The notes below the pieces were generated by a model, which was not told where the DNA came from, did not search any database, and worked only from the letters and a program-made list of their open reading frames with translations. This document shows, piece by piece, positions 34,646 through 35,171 of a stretch of 35,171 nucleotides of DNA. The stretch's first letter is position 1, and each line of letters opens with the position of its first letter. Source of the DNA: a virus (Duplodnaviria; Caudoviricetes); IMG/VR virus record IMGVR_UViG_3300020042_008651, positions 1-35,171 of that record. One strand, given 5' to 3'. Position numbers and translations under genes: made by a program.

Positions 34646-34693
34646 CAAAAATAGATTATATTTTATTTTATGTTTTCCACAAGTTTTAAACTA

Positions 34694-35137
34694 TTATATT
34701 GATACTTTCTCAATACTTCTTCCACTGCCATAACATTCAAAACATATACCTTCACAATAATAATTAAATGCTTCTATTATACCTTTTCCATTACATCTTG
34801 AGCATTCACACCCTTGTGTAAATTGCTCACCGATATAAACTTTATTTTTATTTAAAATTTTACCAAGAAATCTTAATATTTCGTTTTCAGATATTTTGCC
34901 TCCAAAATAGTTGACATACTTTTTGCCAAAACCTAAAACTTCAATATTAAATTTATACAAAGAACCATCTTCATTTTTAAACTTTGGATTAGTCCAAACT
35001 CTACCTTGCTCTTGTATTGCAATTTTAAGATATCCATTATCTATGCACTTATTTATTGACCTTGTTATGCTACTTCTATTGTCAGAATCACAAGACCTAT
35101 TTGCTTTATTTAAAATTTGTTTAATGTAATTTTCCAT
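34694..35137 (-). CDS. Protein with DnaJ-type zinc finger
   Basis: CSRCNGKG...CFECYGSG. Confidence 0.8.
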   Translation of the reverse strand: MENYIKQILNKANRSCDSDNRSSITRSINKCIDNGYLKIAIQEQGRVWTNPKFKNEDGSLYKFNIEVLGFGKKYVNYFGGKISENEILRFLGKILNKNKVYIGEQFTQGCECSRCNGKGIIEAFNYYCEGICFECYGSGRSIEKVSI

Positions 35138-35171
35138 TTTATAAATGCAGTTGGTTGGATGCTGCTCCCCT
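35004..35171. repeat. Terminal direct repeat, right copy
   Basis: Matches 1-168 with one substitution. Confidence 0.95.

Noticed and set aside
34673-34681. DnaA box TTTTCCACA (also at 9283-9291)
   Set aside because: Several such 9-mers are expected by chance in an AT-rich 35-kb genome, and they are not clustered
1-35171. CRISPR array, tRNA, integrase, reverse transcriptase/DGR or alternative genetic code
   Set aside because: No regularly spaced repeats, cloverleaf, recombinase or RT motifs were recognised by eye, and genes tile densely under the standard code

Overview
The window appears to be a complete, circularly closed ~35.0 kb AT-rich tailed-phage genome: bases 1-168 recur at 35004-35171 with one mismatch. 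The host is probably a Bacteroidetes member, judging by TAnnTTTG / TTTG-N19 promoters and A/T-rich leaders without Shine-Dalgarno sequences. Nearly all genes are on the minus strand. They include early cassettes of small ORFs, a recombination/replication module (ERF, YqaJ exonuclease, DUF3127 SSB-like, NinG, DnaA domain IV, initiator, DnaB-like helicase), a TAGT-like glycosyltransferase pair, a sigma-like factor, GT-B and methyltransferase genes, terminase, siphovirus-type tail and head genes, and lysis genes (two holins, M15 endolysin, u-spanin). No integrase, polymerase, tRNA or CRISPR array was recognised. Four features stand out. (1) A zeta-toxin kinase is translationally coupled to the prohead protease and faces an unannotated, convergent 56-aa acidic ORF, a candidate antitoxin; extra modules in the protease and portal are bounded by Phe-ending motifs, suggesting protease-released capsid cargo. 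(2) A three-copy covarying RNA pseudoknot-like leader. (3) A two-hairpin kissing-loop leader before the replication initiator. (4) Distinct early and late promoter motif families. All family assignments come from motif recognition by eye, not database searches.
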